From: a virus | IMG/VR virus record: IMGVR_UViG_3300045973_000529 | Coordinates: 96,001 to 160,000 of that record | Strand: one strand, 5' to 3' | Length of the DNA stretch: 64,000 nucleotides | Part shown: piece after piece, positions 38,781 through 48,562 of the stretch | How positions within the stretch are numbered: the stretch's first letter is position 1 | Layout of the letters: the number at the start of each line of letters is the position of its first letter | Notes under the pieces: generated by a model | What the model was told of the DNA's origin: nothing | What the model saw: only the letters and a program-made list of their open reading frames with translations | Databases searched by the model: none | Translations under genes and position numbers: made by a program

Positions 38781-40433
38781 GTGAAGCTCCAGTTTACCCA
38801 AGGGATCGTCAGGCATCAGACGGACACAAGCGGGAACCCAACGTTCTTGCAGCGTTCGTCCGGCGCGGGGCAGTTCGTCGATTTGGTGGTATCACCGAAT
38901 CCGACTGTGCTCGCCATTGCTCATCGCGATTCAACCTACATCGTCGAGGAAGTCAAGACGATCCCCAATGCATGGGGACCGATCAACACTTCAGCCACCC
39001 GGCACCTGTATTGGGATGTGAATCTTCTCACGGGTGTCATCACCCGTGGCATGACCCTGTTCCAGCCGATCTACTCAAGCTCGGAACCAACTTCACCTGC
39101 ACTTGATCAGCATTGGTTTGACACTGACAAGAACACATTCTTCGTCTGGACAGCTGAAGCTGGCTGGGTCGAGCGTGTCAGAATCTTTGCTGGCTACGTT
39201 ACCTCCGGCGCCATCATTCGTCCAGCTGCTATCGGCTCACAAGCTGGGCTGATTGGAAACTTCGAAGGCGGACACCTAATCCGTGACAGTTTCGGCATGC
39301 CGCTGCGGCAGGCAAATGGGTGCTTCGTCACCAGTGCCTCGCAGCTGAACGTCACGAATCTTGGCACCGTCACAACGCGCATCGAAGGCACTATCTCGTC
39401 CGTGTATGCGGCCGAAGAGATTCCGCGCTTTCACCTGATTTCACTCCAAGCCGGTGGTCGAGCAGTGCTTGCTCGTTCTACCGACTACAGAATGCGGATT
39501 GGCGGCCTTGTTGCTGAAGATCTGTACGAGGGTGATGTTGCCAAGTTGTTCACGAGCGGCGTTGTTCGCTCACCATTCTTCTCCTGGCCAGCAGACAAGA
39601 TCAATCGTCCTCTGTTCTGTGGGCCGACTGGTCAGATCACCTTGACTCCTCCGAGTCAAGGGGTGCTTCAACAGGTCGGGTTCGTTTATGATGTGGATGC
39701 CGTTCTCATGGCGATCCATCAGGTCATCGTTCTCGATGACCCTGCTGACATCATCACCGTGCCACCACCTGCACCTTTTGAAGCCCCGATCGCCAACTTC
39801 TTCGCGACGCCAACATCAGGACTGGCACCGCTCGAGGTAGTGTTCACGAGCACCGCTTCAGGTGCCATCACGACCGAGTGGGACTTCTTGAACGATGGCT
39901 TCATCGATGCTACTGGCCCTGCGGCTGTGCACACCTTCCAGACGCCTGGTACCTTTACGGTTCGCCAACGCGTCATCAACGGCTTCGGTCAAGATGACGA
40001 AGTCAAGACAGGGTACATCACGGTCACCAGTCCAGCGACGCTGCCTACGAAGACCAATCTTGGTCTGTCATTCGGCGCTCCAGCACAGCTGACTGCAGGC
40101 CGCACCTTCACACTGCAGGTCATCACGTCGAACGATGGTCTCTTGAACGCTACCGACGTGCTGCGTCAGATCGTGTTGAAGGCGAACAACAGCACTCAGC
40201 TCACTATCACGGCTCCGCCAGTTGGTACTACGATCAGCTACACGAACGGTAAGACAGTGATCACACTGCCGCTGATTCCGTTGGCATCTGGTGCTTCTGC
40301 TACCGTGGCATTGCAGGTCGCAGTGCAGTCGAACGTGAACAAGGTCATGATCGATGGCAACGTCTCGTCGCCAGAAATTGATTCTGAAGGACGCGACAAC
40401 TCAGCATCTTTGACGATTGAGGCTCGCACATGA
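38781..40433 (+). CDS. virion protein with PKD and DUF11-like Ig domains
   Basis: APIANF..PTSG.APL.V.FT...WDF..DG...HTF..PGT.TV (PKD); NLGLSF..P...G..FT..V...N.G...AT.V (DUF11-like); GTG start. Confidence 0.75.
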   Translation: MKLQFTQGIVRHQTDTSGNPTFLQRSSGAGQFVDLVVSPNPTVLAIAHRDSTYIVEEVKTIPNAWGPINTSATRHLYWDVNLLTGVITRGMTLFQPIYSSSEPTSPALDQHWFDTDKNTFFVWTAEAGWVERVRIFAGYVTSGAIIRPAAIGSQAGLIGNFEGGHLIRDSFGMPLRQANGCFVTSASQLNVTNLGTVTTRIEGTISSVYAAEEIPRFHLISLQAGGRAVLARSTDYRMRIGGLVAEDLYEGDVAKLFTSGVVRSPFFSWPADKINRPLFCGPTGQITLTPPSQGVLQQVGFVYDVDAVLMAIHQVIVLDDPADIITVPPPAPFEAPIANFFATPTSGLAPLEVVFTSTASGAITTEWDFLNDGFIDATGPAAVHTFQTPGTFTVRQRVINGFGQDDEVKTGYITVTSPATLPTKTNLGLSFGAPAQLTAGRTFTLQVITSNDGLLNATDVLRQIVLKANNSTQLTITAPPVGTTISYTNGKTVITLPLIPLASGASATVALQVAVQSNVNKVMIDGNVSSPEIDSEGRDNSASLTIEART

Positions 40434-41020
40434 CCACAGTCTTCAAACTTGTCTACCTGAATGAAGAGACCGGCGAGCTTGGTAAGCTGCCGGACTTTGG
40501 CATCACGACCATCGGTGGCTCAACGTCACCAACGTTCTTCATCAGTGGTAAGCCACTGCTGTTCGCTGACGGTTCATCGACTGACGGTACAAACAACCCG
40601 CCACCGATGTTCCAGAACTCGCTGCAAGCGAGCTACATCGCCAGCGGCATTCCAGCGAACATCAGTACCGTAACGACGAAGGACATCCAGTTCACCGCGC
40701 TGAACGGGAACAAGTTCATCTTCGACGCGGATACCGGTCAGGTCACTATCGAGGGTGATCTGGTCACCAACTCGGTGAGTGGTGGTGGCTCGGCAATCAG
40801 AACGCATGAGCACACCCAGAGCATCGCAGGAACGATCTGGACCATCAACCATGGCAAGAACTCCTGGTGCCCGACGCTGACGGTGTACGACAATCTACGC
40901 AACGTAGTACCACAACTAAAAATCATCCCAGATGAAATCGTGATCATCAATGCGAACTCGATTCAGGTACGGTTCAACACGCCGCAGATCGGACGTGCCG
41001 TCATCTTGTTCTTTGATTGA
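40430..41020 (+). CDS. fibre-associated protein with HTQ..W.I.H domain
   Basis: C-terminal ~65-aa domain shared with downstream genes. Confidence 0.7.
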   Translation: MTTVFKLVYLNEETGELGKLPDFGITTIGGSTSPTFFISGKPLLFADGSSTDGTNNPPPMFQNSLQASYIASGIPANISTVTTKDIQFTALNGNKFIFDADTGQVTIEGDLVTNSVSGGGSAIRTHEHTQSIAGTIWTINHGKNSWCPTLTVYDNLRNVVPQLKIIPDEIVIINANSIQVRFNTPQIGRAVILFFD

Positions 41021-41047
41021 TTTCCTACGCCCCGGTTACCCAGGGGC

Positions 41048-41053
41048 TAAATA
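41048..41053 (+). promoter_or_regulatory. late promoter TAAATA
   Basis: CTAAATAC intergenic. Confidence 0.75.
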
Positions 41054-41083
41054 CCTACGAAGACAGAATGGTAACACATCACG

Positions 41084-41308
41084 ATGAAGCACGTCGAAAC
41101 TTCGGACATTGTCCTGGCCGCCACGCTGAAGGTGAAGGGGTACCGACTGGATCGCATTGAGAAGGACGGAAAACGTGGCATCTTCTGCTTTGCAGACGTC
41201 ACTGAAGCCGAACTCACGCAGTTCAATTTGGGTCAGGCGCTGGTGGAGCCTGTAGCCCTCAACAATGCGGTCAAAGCCTTGACCACAGCCACTAAACGTA
41301 TCCTGTAA
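41084..41308 (+). CDS. DUF5659-like small protein
   Basis: TSDIVLAATL..KGY.L.......IF.F signature. Confidence 0.6.
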   Translation: MKHVETSDIVLAATLKVKGYRLDRIEKDGKRGIFCFADVTEAELTQFNLGQALVEPVALNNAVKALTTATKRIL

Positions 41309-41324
41309 CCCTTAGGAGTTCCCA

Positions 41325-44081
41325 ATGAAGATCAATGGTAAGCTCTCGTTTGACGCATCGTCTGCGTCACTGATCGAGAATCTGCGCGTCGAGCGCTTTG
41401 CAACCCTCGGCGCCGTGCCGTCGTACACTTCAGCGGACTCCGGTCGCGTGGTGTATGTCATCGGTACTGGCACGATGTACTACGGTGACAGCTTCACCGG
41501 CGCATGGATGCCGTTTGCTACGGGCGGCAACGCTTTCTCGCAAACCGAAGGTGACGCAATCGAAACGTCCCTTGGCGTTGGCATCAACGCTGATGGCACG
41601 TTCAATGCTGCTGGTTTCACCAACACCCTCGCGCTGACGAACCCAACGTCGTTCTCGAATGCTATCCAGCAAATCGCGAACTACGCTACGGCCAACGACA
41701 CGCTGTATGAACTGAATGACGTTTCGCTCTCGAACGCTGTTCCGACTGGCGCCAAGTTCCTGTACACCCCAGGTGGCGCGAACTGGGTTGATCACACCCT
41801 CGTGCTCGCTGACGTTTCTGACGTCACTGCTACCGCTGCTGAAGTCAATGAACTCGCTGGCGGCACCGCTGTCCAGGCCGACTTCATCAAGCTGCACAAC
41901 ATCACTGCTTCGGCTGCTGACGTCAATGTGCTGACTGGCGCTTTCGCTGCTGGCATCACCACGACCGAGATCAGCTACCTCGATGGCGTGACTTCGTCGA
42001 TCCAAGGTCAACTCGACGGCAAGCAAGCACTCGATGCGACGCTGACCGCTCTTGCAGGCCTCGACACCACTGCTGGCATCGTTGTCCAGACTGGTACTGA
42101 CACCTTCACCAAGCGTACGCTGACTGCTCCTGCAGAAGGCCTGACCATCAGCAATCCTGCTGGCACCGCTGGCAACCCAACGTTCGCTCTCGCGAATGAC
42201 CTGGCTGCTCTTGAAGGTCTGACGTCTTCTGGCTACATCGTTCGCACTGGCGACGGCACTGCTACGACTCGCACGATCAACGGCGTTGCTGGTCGCACTG
42301 TTGTCACCAATGGTGACGGCGTTGCTTCGAACACCGACGTGGATCTGGACACTGTCACCCAAGGCTCTGGTGGTGCTTTCCTCAAGGTAACCCTCGACGC
42401 CTACGGCCGCGTTTCGCAGAACACTGCAGTTGTTGCTGGTGACATCACCGGTCTCGTTGACACCATCTACGTGAACGTCGCTGGCGACACGATGACTGGC
42501 AACCTGAACATGGGCACGAACTACGTGACCATGAACAACGCCCCAACGCTCGACACGCAAGCTGCCAACAAGGCCTACGTTGACTCCGTCGCCGCTGGTC
42601 TGTCGTGGAAGAATGCAGTTCGCGCTGCTTCGACCGGCAACGTTGCTGACCTGGCTGCAGTGACCGTCATCGATGGCATCACTCTGGTTGATGGCGACCG
42701 CGTCCTCCTGAAGAACCAAACCACCCCGTCTGCAAACGGCATCTACACCTACACTCTCAGCACGACCACTCTTGCCCGCTCGTCGGACATGAATGCTGCT
42801 GGCGAGTTCATGAGCGCTACCGTGTTCGTGTCGGAAGGTTCTGCCAACGCTGATAGCGGCTGGACGCAAACCGCTGAAGTCACGACCGTTGGTTCTGACG
42901 CTGTTGTGTGGTACCAGTTCTCTGGTGCAAGCACATACACATGGGGCACGGGTCTCGGCAATACCGGTAACACGGTGTTCGTCAATCTGGGTGCTGGTAT
43001 CGCTGAACTCCCATCGGACGAAGTTGGTCTGGATCTGGTCTCCAACAAGGCTATCCAACTGACAAGCGCCCTCACTGGCGGTCAACTGACGTTCGTTCTG
43101 GACGGTGGTGCAGCTTCTGGTCTCGAGCAGTCGTCTGCTGGTCTGAAGATCTCGGCAAATGGCGTCACGAATGCCATGATCCTGAACGAGTCGATGACCT
43201 TCAACTCTGACTCTGGCAACTCAGTCACGGCTCTTGGCGACACGCTCATCATCGCTGGCACCGCTGCTCAAGGTATCCACACCTCTGCAGTGACTGGCAC
43301 GCTGACGATCACTGCTGACGACGCTTCGGCTTCGCAGAAGGGTGTTGCAACGTTCAACACGGCTTCGTTCGCCGTCACCGCTGGTGATGTCACGATCAAG
43401 GCTGCTGGTGTTTCGAATGCTCAGTTGGCCAACAGCACGATCGGCTTCACGGGTTCGGACGCTTCGTCTGACACCGTTTCCCTCGGCGGTACCCTGACCT
43501 TCATCGACGGCGCTACCCACGCTGCTGGCGACCTGGTCAAGACCTCGGTTGCTACTGACGCTGTCACCATCTCGATGCGTGAAGCTACCACTGGCGCTCT
43601 TGGCGTTGCATCGTTCGACGGCGCGCACTTCAGCGTCACCGCTGGTGCTGTCAGCCTGGCTGCTACGCTCGATGACCTGACCAATGTGTCGAATGCTGAT
43701 GCTGCTGCAACTGGTGACCTGCTCACCAAGACTGCTGGCGATTGGCAGAATGTCACCCGTGTTGCTGTTGTTGGTTCGACCTCAGTCGCTGACCACAATG
43801 ACGTCTCGGTCACGACTCCTGCTGCTGGCCAGACTCTGGTCTACATCGCTGGTGAATGGGTCAACCGCAAGGTCTTCCACACGGAAACCGTCGCTTCGTC
43901 TTCGACCTGGAACATCAACCACGCTCTCGGCCAGAAGTTCTGCAATGTCACCATTGCTGACGACACCGACAACGTGGTGATCCCACAGTCGATCGTGTTC
44001 TCGGACGCGAACAACCTGGTTGTGACCTTCAACACCGCTATCGCTGGCCAAGTCATGGTCTCGGGTGTTGCTGCTGCCTAA
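41325..44081 (+). CDS. tail or head fibre protein, 918 aa
   Basis: A/T/G/D-rich; [31 protein letters not shown] modules; C-terminal TW.I.H domain; AGGAG RBS. Confidence 0.85.
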   Translation: MKINGKLSFDASSASLIENLRVERFATLGAVPSYTSADSGRVVYVIGTGTMYYGDSFTGAWMPFATGGNAFSQTEGDAIETSLGVGINADGTFNAAGFTNTLALTNPTSFSNAIQQIANYATANDTLYELNDVSLSNAVPTGAKFLYTPGGANWVDHTLVLADVSDVTATAAEVNELAGGTAVQADFIKLHNITASAADVNVLTGAFAAGITTTEISYLDGVTSSIQGQLDGKQALDATLTALAGLDTTAGIVVQTGTDTFTKRTLTAPAEGLTISNPAGTAGNPTFALANDLAALEGLTSSGYIVRTGDGTATTRTINGVAGRTVVTNGDGVASNTDVDLDTVTQGSGGAFLKVTLDAYGRVSQNTAVVAGDITGLVDTIYVNVAGDTMTGNLNMGTNYVTMNNAPTLDTQAANKAYVDSVAAGLSWKNAVRAASTGNVADLAAVTVIDGITLVDGDRVLLKNQTTPSANGIYTYTLSTTTLARSSDMNAAGEFMSATVFVSEGSANADSGWTQTAEVTTVGSDAVVWYQFSGASTYTWGTGLGNTGNTVFVNLGAGIAELPSDEVGLDLVSNKAIQLTSALTGGQLTFVLDGGAASGLEQSSAGLKISANGVTNAMILNESMTFNSDSGNSVTALGDTLIIAGTAAQGIHTSAVTGTLTITADDASASQKGVATFNTASFAVTAGDVTIKAAGVSNAQLANSTIGFTGSDASSDTVSLGGTLTFIDGATHAAGDLVKTSVATDAVTISMREATTGALGVASFDGAHFSVTAGAVSLAATLDDLTNVSNADAAATGDLLTKTAGDWQNVTRVAVVGSTSVADHNDVSVTTPAAGQTLVYIAGEWVNRKVFHTETVASSSTWNINHALGQKFCNVTIADDTDNVVIPQSIVFSDANNLVVTFNTAIAGQVMVSGVAAA

Positions 44082-44089
44082 GGCTGACT

Positions 44090-44149
44090 GAGTGGCTTCG
44101 GCCACTCTTGATGACCTCTCGCAAGGGGCTGCCAATTGGCAGCCCTTTT
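44090..44149 (+). terminator. tandem hairpins, second with U-tract
   Basis: GAGTGGC-TTCG-GCCACTC and GGGCTGCC-AATT-GGCAGCCC-TTTT. Confidence 0.8.
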
Positions 44150-44163
44150 CGTTGCCCGGATCC

Positions 44164-44169
44164 TAAATA
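44164..44169 (+). promoter_or_regulatory. late promoter TAAATA
   Basis: CTAAATAG right after terminator. Confidence 0.8.
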
Positions 44170-44201
44170 GGCAGACAACCCTATACCCTCGAGGACACGA
44201 C

Positions 44202-44801
44202 ATGAAGTTCTACGGCCACGCCAATCTCCAACAGAACGAGCTGCAGAACGCAGCGCTCTCGTCTCTGACTTCTTTTCCGAATGCTCCAGTCATTGGACAA
44301 CTTGCGTTCGTGAACAGCATCGTCTTCATCTGCGTCGCAATCAACCCGCTTCCAGTATGGGTTCCATTGACACGTGAAATCACCGCGTACACGCACACCC
44401 AAGCCGTGGCGTCGAGCACGTGGAACATTGTTCACCCACTGAACACCACTTCCGTGAACATCCAGGTGTACAACAACAACAATCTGGCCATCATTCCAGA
44501 TGACATTGAGACCCTTGGTCCTACTACCGCGACCATCACTTTCGCTGGCGCTCAAGCTGGTCGTGCAGTGCTGGTGTCGGGCCACTTCGACGGCATGCCA
44601 AAGCCTGTGTACGCATACACTCACTACCAGTCGAATGCATCGACCTCGTGGGTGATTCCTCACTTCCTCGGCTACAATCCAGTCGTGCGAATCTTCATCG
44701 GGAACCAAGAAGTTCAACCACTTGCTGTCACCCACGATAGCACGAACCAAGTCACCATCACCTTCAGCACTGCCCAGGTCGGCTACGCTCGCTTGGTCTA
44801 A
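44202..44801 (+). CDS. fibre-associated protein with two HTQ..W.I.H domains
   Basis: GAGGA RBS gives start 44202 (MKFYGHANL). Confidence 0.75.
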   Translation: MKFYGHANLQQNELQNAALSSLTSFPNAPVIGQLAFVNSIVFICVAINPLPVWVPLTREITAYTHTQAVASSTWNIVHPLNTTSVNIQVYNNNNLAIIPDDIETLGPTTATITFAGAQAGRAVLVSGHFDGMPKPVYAYTHYQSNASTSWVIPHFLGYNPVVRIFIGNQEVQPLAVTHDSTNQVTITFSTAQVGYARLV

Positions 44802-44810
44802 GGACGCACG

Positions 44811-45038
44811 ATGGCCCTCACCTATCAACCTGCTATCACGTACGAGCACACGCAAGACACTGCGTCTGACACGTGGGTGATCCAGCACAAGCTGAACTTG
44901 TACCCTGTGATCGACGTTCTTGTCGACTACGGCGGACAGCGACAGAAAATCATTCCATCTTCGGTGGAGTACACCAGCTCAATGATCTGTACTGTCACCT
45001 TCACTGAACCTTTCACTGGCGTTGCCACGGTGGCTTGA
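44811..45038 (+). CDS. single HTQ..W.I.H domain protein
   Basis: YEHTQDTASDTWVIQHKL. Confidence 0.75.
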   Translation: MALTYQPAITYEHTQDTASDTWVIQHKLNLYPVIDVLVDYGGQRQKIIPSSVEYTSSMICTVTFTEPFTGVATVA

Positions 45039-45310
45039 TGTACTCATCCGCAAAAGTTCACATCCAATCGGCACCTTCAGCCACCTGGACGATCACGCAC
45101 ACGTTCCTCGGCGCGCCGCTTTGCGACGTGCTGATTCCTGATGGCGATACGATGGTGAAGATTCTTCCGGCTGGGGTGACATACATCTCTGACACGCAGC
45201 TCACCATCACCTTCACAGTGCCACGCACAGGTACTGCACGACTCGTCGGCAGAACCCAATCACCGCTCATCTTCACCGCTGGATCGATTGATCCGGGTCA
45301 AGACGCATAA
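45038..45310 (+). CDS. single H.Q..W.I.H domain protein
   Basis: VHIQSAPSATWTITH; TGATG coupling. Confidence 0.7.
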   Translation: MYSSAKVHIQSAPSATWTITHTFLGAPLCDVLIPDGDTMVKILPAGVTYISDTQLTITFTVPRTGTARLVGRTQSPLIFTAGSIDPGQDA

Positions 45311-45319
45311 GGACCCATC

Positions 45320-45718
45320 ATGTTCGCTGGAATGTATGCAAAGCTCATCGCCATTGCGCTGGTTGTAGCCATCGTTCTCGGCGGCATCTGGTATGTGAAG
45401 CACCTTCAGAATGAGGTGGCTGATCTGACCCAACAGGTCTCGACGCTGACAGCACAGAACGCGCAGTTGACAGCCTCAATCGAGCATCAGAATGAAGCAA
45501 TCAACACGCTCCAAAAAGAAGGGGCTGCGCGCCTTGCGGCTGCGGCGATTGAACTTGCTAAGTCGAAGGCGGCTACGAAAGCTGCGCAAGCACGGGCAGG
45601 TGTCATCTACAAACAGCCGCCCTCGACGCCGGGTAACGATTGCAAGTCGACGCTAGACTTGTTGAACAGCGCGGTAGCACCAGCTGCTCCCGCCTCAGAC
45701 TCAGAAGGAACGCAATGA
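45320..45718 (+). CDS. Rz: inner-membrane spanin (i-spanin)
   Basis: N-terminal TM, coiled coil, C-terminal Cys; followed by lipoprotein. Confidence 0.8.
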   Translation: MFAGMYAKLIAIALVVAIVLGGIWYVKHLQNEVADLTQQVSTLTAQNAQLTASIEHQNEAINTLQKEGAARLAAAAIELAKSKAATKAAQARAGVIYKQPPSTPGNDCKSTLDLLNSAVAPAAPASDSEGTQ

Positions 45719-45969
45719 ACAAGCTGCTCCTCACTCTCGTGTTGACTCTTGGTGGCTGTGCTGGTTGCGCGACTACTCAAGGGCCGCCGGTTGAAGTCAA
45801 GATTCCAGTTCCGGTGAAGTGCCAGACTGAAGATCCGACGATCCCAACCTATCGCTTCAGCCCGCCATACACAACCGCCTTTGAGGCAGCACGTGATTTG
45901 CTTGGTGACCGCGAAGTGGCGTTGGCGTATGAGAACGAGCTCCGTATTGCGTTGAAGTCCTGCAAGTAA
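45715..45969 (+). CDS. Rz1: outer-membrane spanin lipoprotein (o-spanin)
   Basis: Lipobox LGGC; EVKIPVPVKC Pro-rich segment; ATGA overlap. Confidence 0.8.
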   Translation: MNKLLLTLVLTLGGCAGCATTQGPPVEVKIPVPVKCQTEDPTIPTYRFSPPYTTAFEAARDLLGDREVALAYENELRIALKSCK

Positions 45970-45978
45970 GGAGACTCT

Positions 45979-47586
45979 ATGGCTGGCTGCTGCCCTCCGG
46001 CACCACCAAGCAACGCCATCAGTGGCGCGTTCGGCGACGCCAATGGACATGAGACGGACATCCGCCCGGGTGAATCAGTCGAATGCTACATGGCACGGGC
46101 TGGGAACACCACCGGGCTTCAAGATGATGCCACTGAAAACGTGCCTGACAAGATCGAGAACGCCTCGATTCCGCTCAAGGTGACGGCTACTGCGGTGACT
46201 GTGAACGTGCAGTTCAAGCTCACCGCTGGTTCACCGAGAACTCCGACCTCTTGGACGTTGACCCCGCTTCCGGCTGGACTGGCGTTCACTACGGCTGGGC
46301 ATCTCACTGGAGCGTTCACCGGAACTGGAACGTTCACAGTCACGGTGACTGCGCTTGACGGCGCCGGAACGATTGACTCACGCGTCTATACTCTCGGTGT
46401 CAAGCCTGGAGATGAGACGACGCAGATTCAACTCATCAGTCCTCTCCCAGGCTCCGTGGTGAACTCAAAGTTCGGACCGCGGATGCACCCAATTCAGAAG
46501 GTCATGAAGCCACACACTGGCATCGACATGAAATTTCAAGATCGCTCGGTTGGCCCTGTTCTTGCAGCGGCTGATGGTGAGATCGTTTTGGCAGGCGGCA
46601 ATCCCTCAACAGGGTATGGAGTACGAGTATGGATCAAGCATTTGAGCGGCTCCGGGAATCACTTGTGTACGACGACCTACAATCACCTGAGCAGGACACT
46701 GGTTTCTACTGGGCAGAAAGTTATGGCTGGACAGAAGATTGGTATCGAAGGGAGTACGGGAGCTTCAACTGGCAACCATCTTCATTTCGAGTGCCGGTTG
46801 CCGGATGGCAAATTCATTGACCCTCTGCCCCTGATTCGTGGGACGACACAGGTTGCCGCCAAGACGCTGAGCAATGGTGACCCTGATCCTGATCAGATGG
46901 CTAGTGAAACATCAGATGCATCGTTGTCTGAAGCCGAGTCAACTGCAAGGCAGGCGGGCTGTCAGGCCTTCGGTCCTGCCTATCCACCAAGCAATCCAGC
47001 AGAGACGGTAGACCCGTACTCACCGCCCGTGAGTCCATCAACCGATCCATTCGAGCAGGCCTGGTTCTTCACTATGACCGCGGAAACTGGTCAGTGGACA
47101 GCCGCCTCAGAGTCAGACGCCGATGTAATTGCAGGTGCTATTGGAACATCAGCACAACGGAAGAAGTGCGGGTACGTATCGCTGCCGAACTTCCCAGGCG
47201 GTGAGACCAAGTTCGGCATCGCACAGAAGTACAACCCAAAGACGGTGGTGAAGACTGCGACGTACGCTGAGGCGAAGAAGACGGGATGGAACAATTATTG
47301 GCGCAGCGCAAAAATGCCGTGCGCAAATTATGCGGCGCTCGTTTCCGTCATTCTGCTCGACATGAACTTTCTGCACGGCGATGGGAACACGAAAACGATC
47401 TTCACTCGTGCTGGCATCTCAGCACCGCCATCACTGACGTACGGGCAGCAGCTACTCGCCTGTGAAGCCCTGACAGCTGCTCGCATCGCGTTCATTCAAG
47501 GCATCAAGAACCAGACCTACTCCAAGGGTTGGTTGAAGCGCGCCAACGACAACCTGGCTTACGTCAAATCGCTGCCTCCGTTCTGA
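45979..47586 (+). CDS. modular peptidoglycan hydrolase: Ig-like + M23 peptidase + GH108 lysozyme
   Basis: HTGID, YNHL, STGNHLHFE (M23); GGETKFGI ... GWLKR (GH108); LPAGLAF...G.LTG Ig-like repeat. Confidence 0.85.
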   Translation: MAGCCPPAPPSNAISGAFGDANGHETDIRPGESVECYMARAGNTTGLQDDATENVPDKIENASIPLKVTATAVTVNVQFKLTAGSPRTPTSWTLTPLPAGLAFTTAGHLTGAFTGTGTFTVTVTALDGAGTIDSRVYTLGVKPGDETTQIQLISPLPGSVVNSKFGPRMHPIQKVMKPHTGIDMKFQDRSVGPVLAAADGEIVLAGGNPSTGYGVRVWIKHLSGSGNHLCTTTYNHLSRTLVSTGQKVMAGQKIGIEGSTGASTGNHLHFECRLPDGKFIDPLPLIRGTTQVAAKTLSNGDPDPDQMASETSDASLSEAESTARQAGCQAFGPAYPPSNPAETVDPYSPPVSPSTDPFEQAWFFTMTAETGQWTAASESDADVIAGAIGTSAQRKKCGYVSLPNFPGGETKFGIAQKYNPKTVVKTATYAEAKKTGWNNYWRSAKMPCANYAALVSVILLDMNFLHGDGNTKTIFTRAGISAPPSLTYGQQLLACEALTAARIAFIQGIKNQTYSKGWLKRANDNLAYVKSLPPF

Positions 47587-47589
47587 CGG

Positions 47590-47595
47590 TAAATA
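47590..47595 (+). promoter_or_regulatory. late promoter TAAATA, leaderless-type
   Basis: GTAAATAG only 4 nt before ATG 47600. Confidence 0.7.
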
Positions 47596-47599
47596 GTCC

Positions 47600-47893
47600 A
47601 TGGGAAACGTTGTACGCATTGGCGATTCGGTCTCTTGTGGAGACCACTCCGCCGCCGGATCAAGTAACGTGTTCGTGAACGGGCTACCAGTGACACACGC
47701 TGGGGCGAAGTCTACGACAGGGCACGGGTGTTTCCCAGGAACTGTGTTCACCTCGAACTGGTCAACGACTGTGTTCGTGAACAATCAGCTTGCTGCGCTA
47801 CTTGGCACCCAAATTGCGCCACACCGCTGCGGGAACTCCGTACACGGTGGAGCAGCAGTATCATCATCACCAGACGTCTCTTTCGACGCATAA
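47600..47893 (+). CDS. PAAR-domain spike tip protein (gp5.4-like)
   Basis: RIGDSVSCGDH...GS.NVFVNG ... GHGC ... VFVN ... H.CG..H. Confidence 0.9.
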   Translation: MGNVVRIGDSVSCGDHSAAGSSNVFVNGLPVTHAGAKSTTGHGCFPGTVFTSNWSTTVFVNNQLAALLGTQIAPHRCGNSVHGGAAVSSSPDVSFDA

Positions 47894-47902
47894 GGAACGC
47901 AC

Positions 47903-48562
47903 ATGAAGTCACTCGGTACCTACGCTCCGCCTGAAGCTATCGGCATCAATTTTGTTCGGTTGGCAACGCCTCATGGTCGCACTCTGCCTCGGGCGCCTGT
48001 TCCAGGCGAGCTCTTCACGTTGGAAGCAGACATGGCTGAGCCTGACGGGCGGACCCCTTGGATGCCTCGTGGCACGTACTCGTACGATGAGGCAAGCATG
48101 AAGTGGACGCGACTGAACGACAGCTCGCGTAAGCGCAAGGCCGAGTGCATTGGCGCACAGAAGATCGAGTTCGAAACAGAGGATGTCTGCTCAGTCGACG
48201 TCATGCCGACGATCACCAAGGGTGCGTGGCTGGCGGCTGTCGGCATTCCACCATCGAGCCGCAAGGCCGCCTTTTCTGGGATCGGGTCAGTGTGGGTCGA
48301 CGTATTGAACGAGTGCTTCGTGTGGGTCGTTGCTTTCAACGGCGAGAAGATGGTCGGGGTTGTGGCTGCGCGCCTCGTCCCAGGTCACCCACAGACACTG
48401 TCGTTGACGTTCACCGACAACCCAGGCTCCTCGGAAGAACAGGGCTACCAACTGCGGTTGTACACCGACAACGCAGGAGTTGTGTTCGTGAACCAATGTG
48501 ACCGCTTCAACTTCGAAGCGAAGAGCTCGACGGCGTTCATCGTCGAAGAGAACCTGAACTAA
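47903..48562 (+). CDS. putative structural protein
   Basis: AAGGA RBS; inside late block. Confidence 0.65.
   Translation: MKSLGTYAPPEAIGINFVRLATPHGRTLPRAPVPGELFTLEADMAEPDGRTPWMPRGTYSYDEASMKWTRLNDSSRKRKAECIGAQKIEFETEDVCSVDVMPTITKGAWLAAVGIPPSSRKAAFSGIGSVWVDVLNECFVWVVAFNGEKMVGVVAARLVPGHPQTLSLTFTDNPGSSEEQGYQLRLYTDNAGVVFVNQCDRFNFEAKSSTAFIVEENLN

Noticed and set aside
41430-43085. 551-aa antisense ORF, and many other long opposite-strand ORFs (e.g. 16366-17349, 962-1768, 44181-44888)
   Set aside because: Shadow ORFs of strongly codon-biased real genes; no RBS, motifs or protein-like composition
47600-47893. Type VI secretion or tailocin locus
   Set aside because: PAAR sits in a phage virion block with T4-like replication genes; no Tss genes
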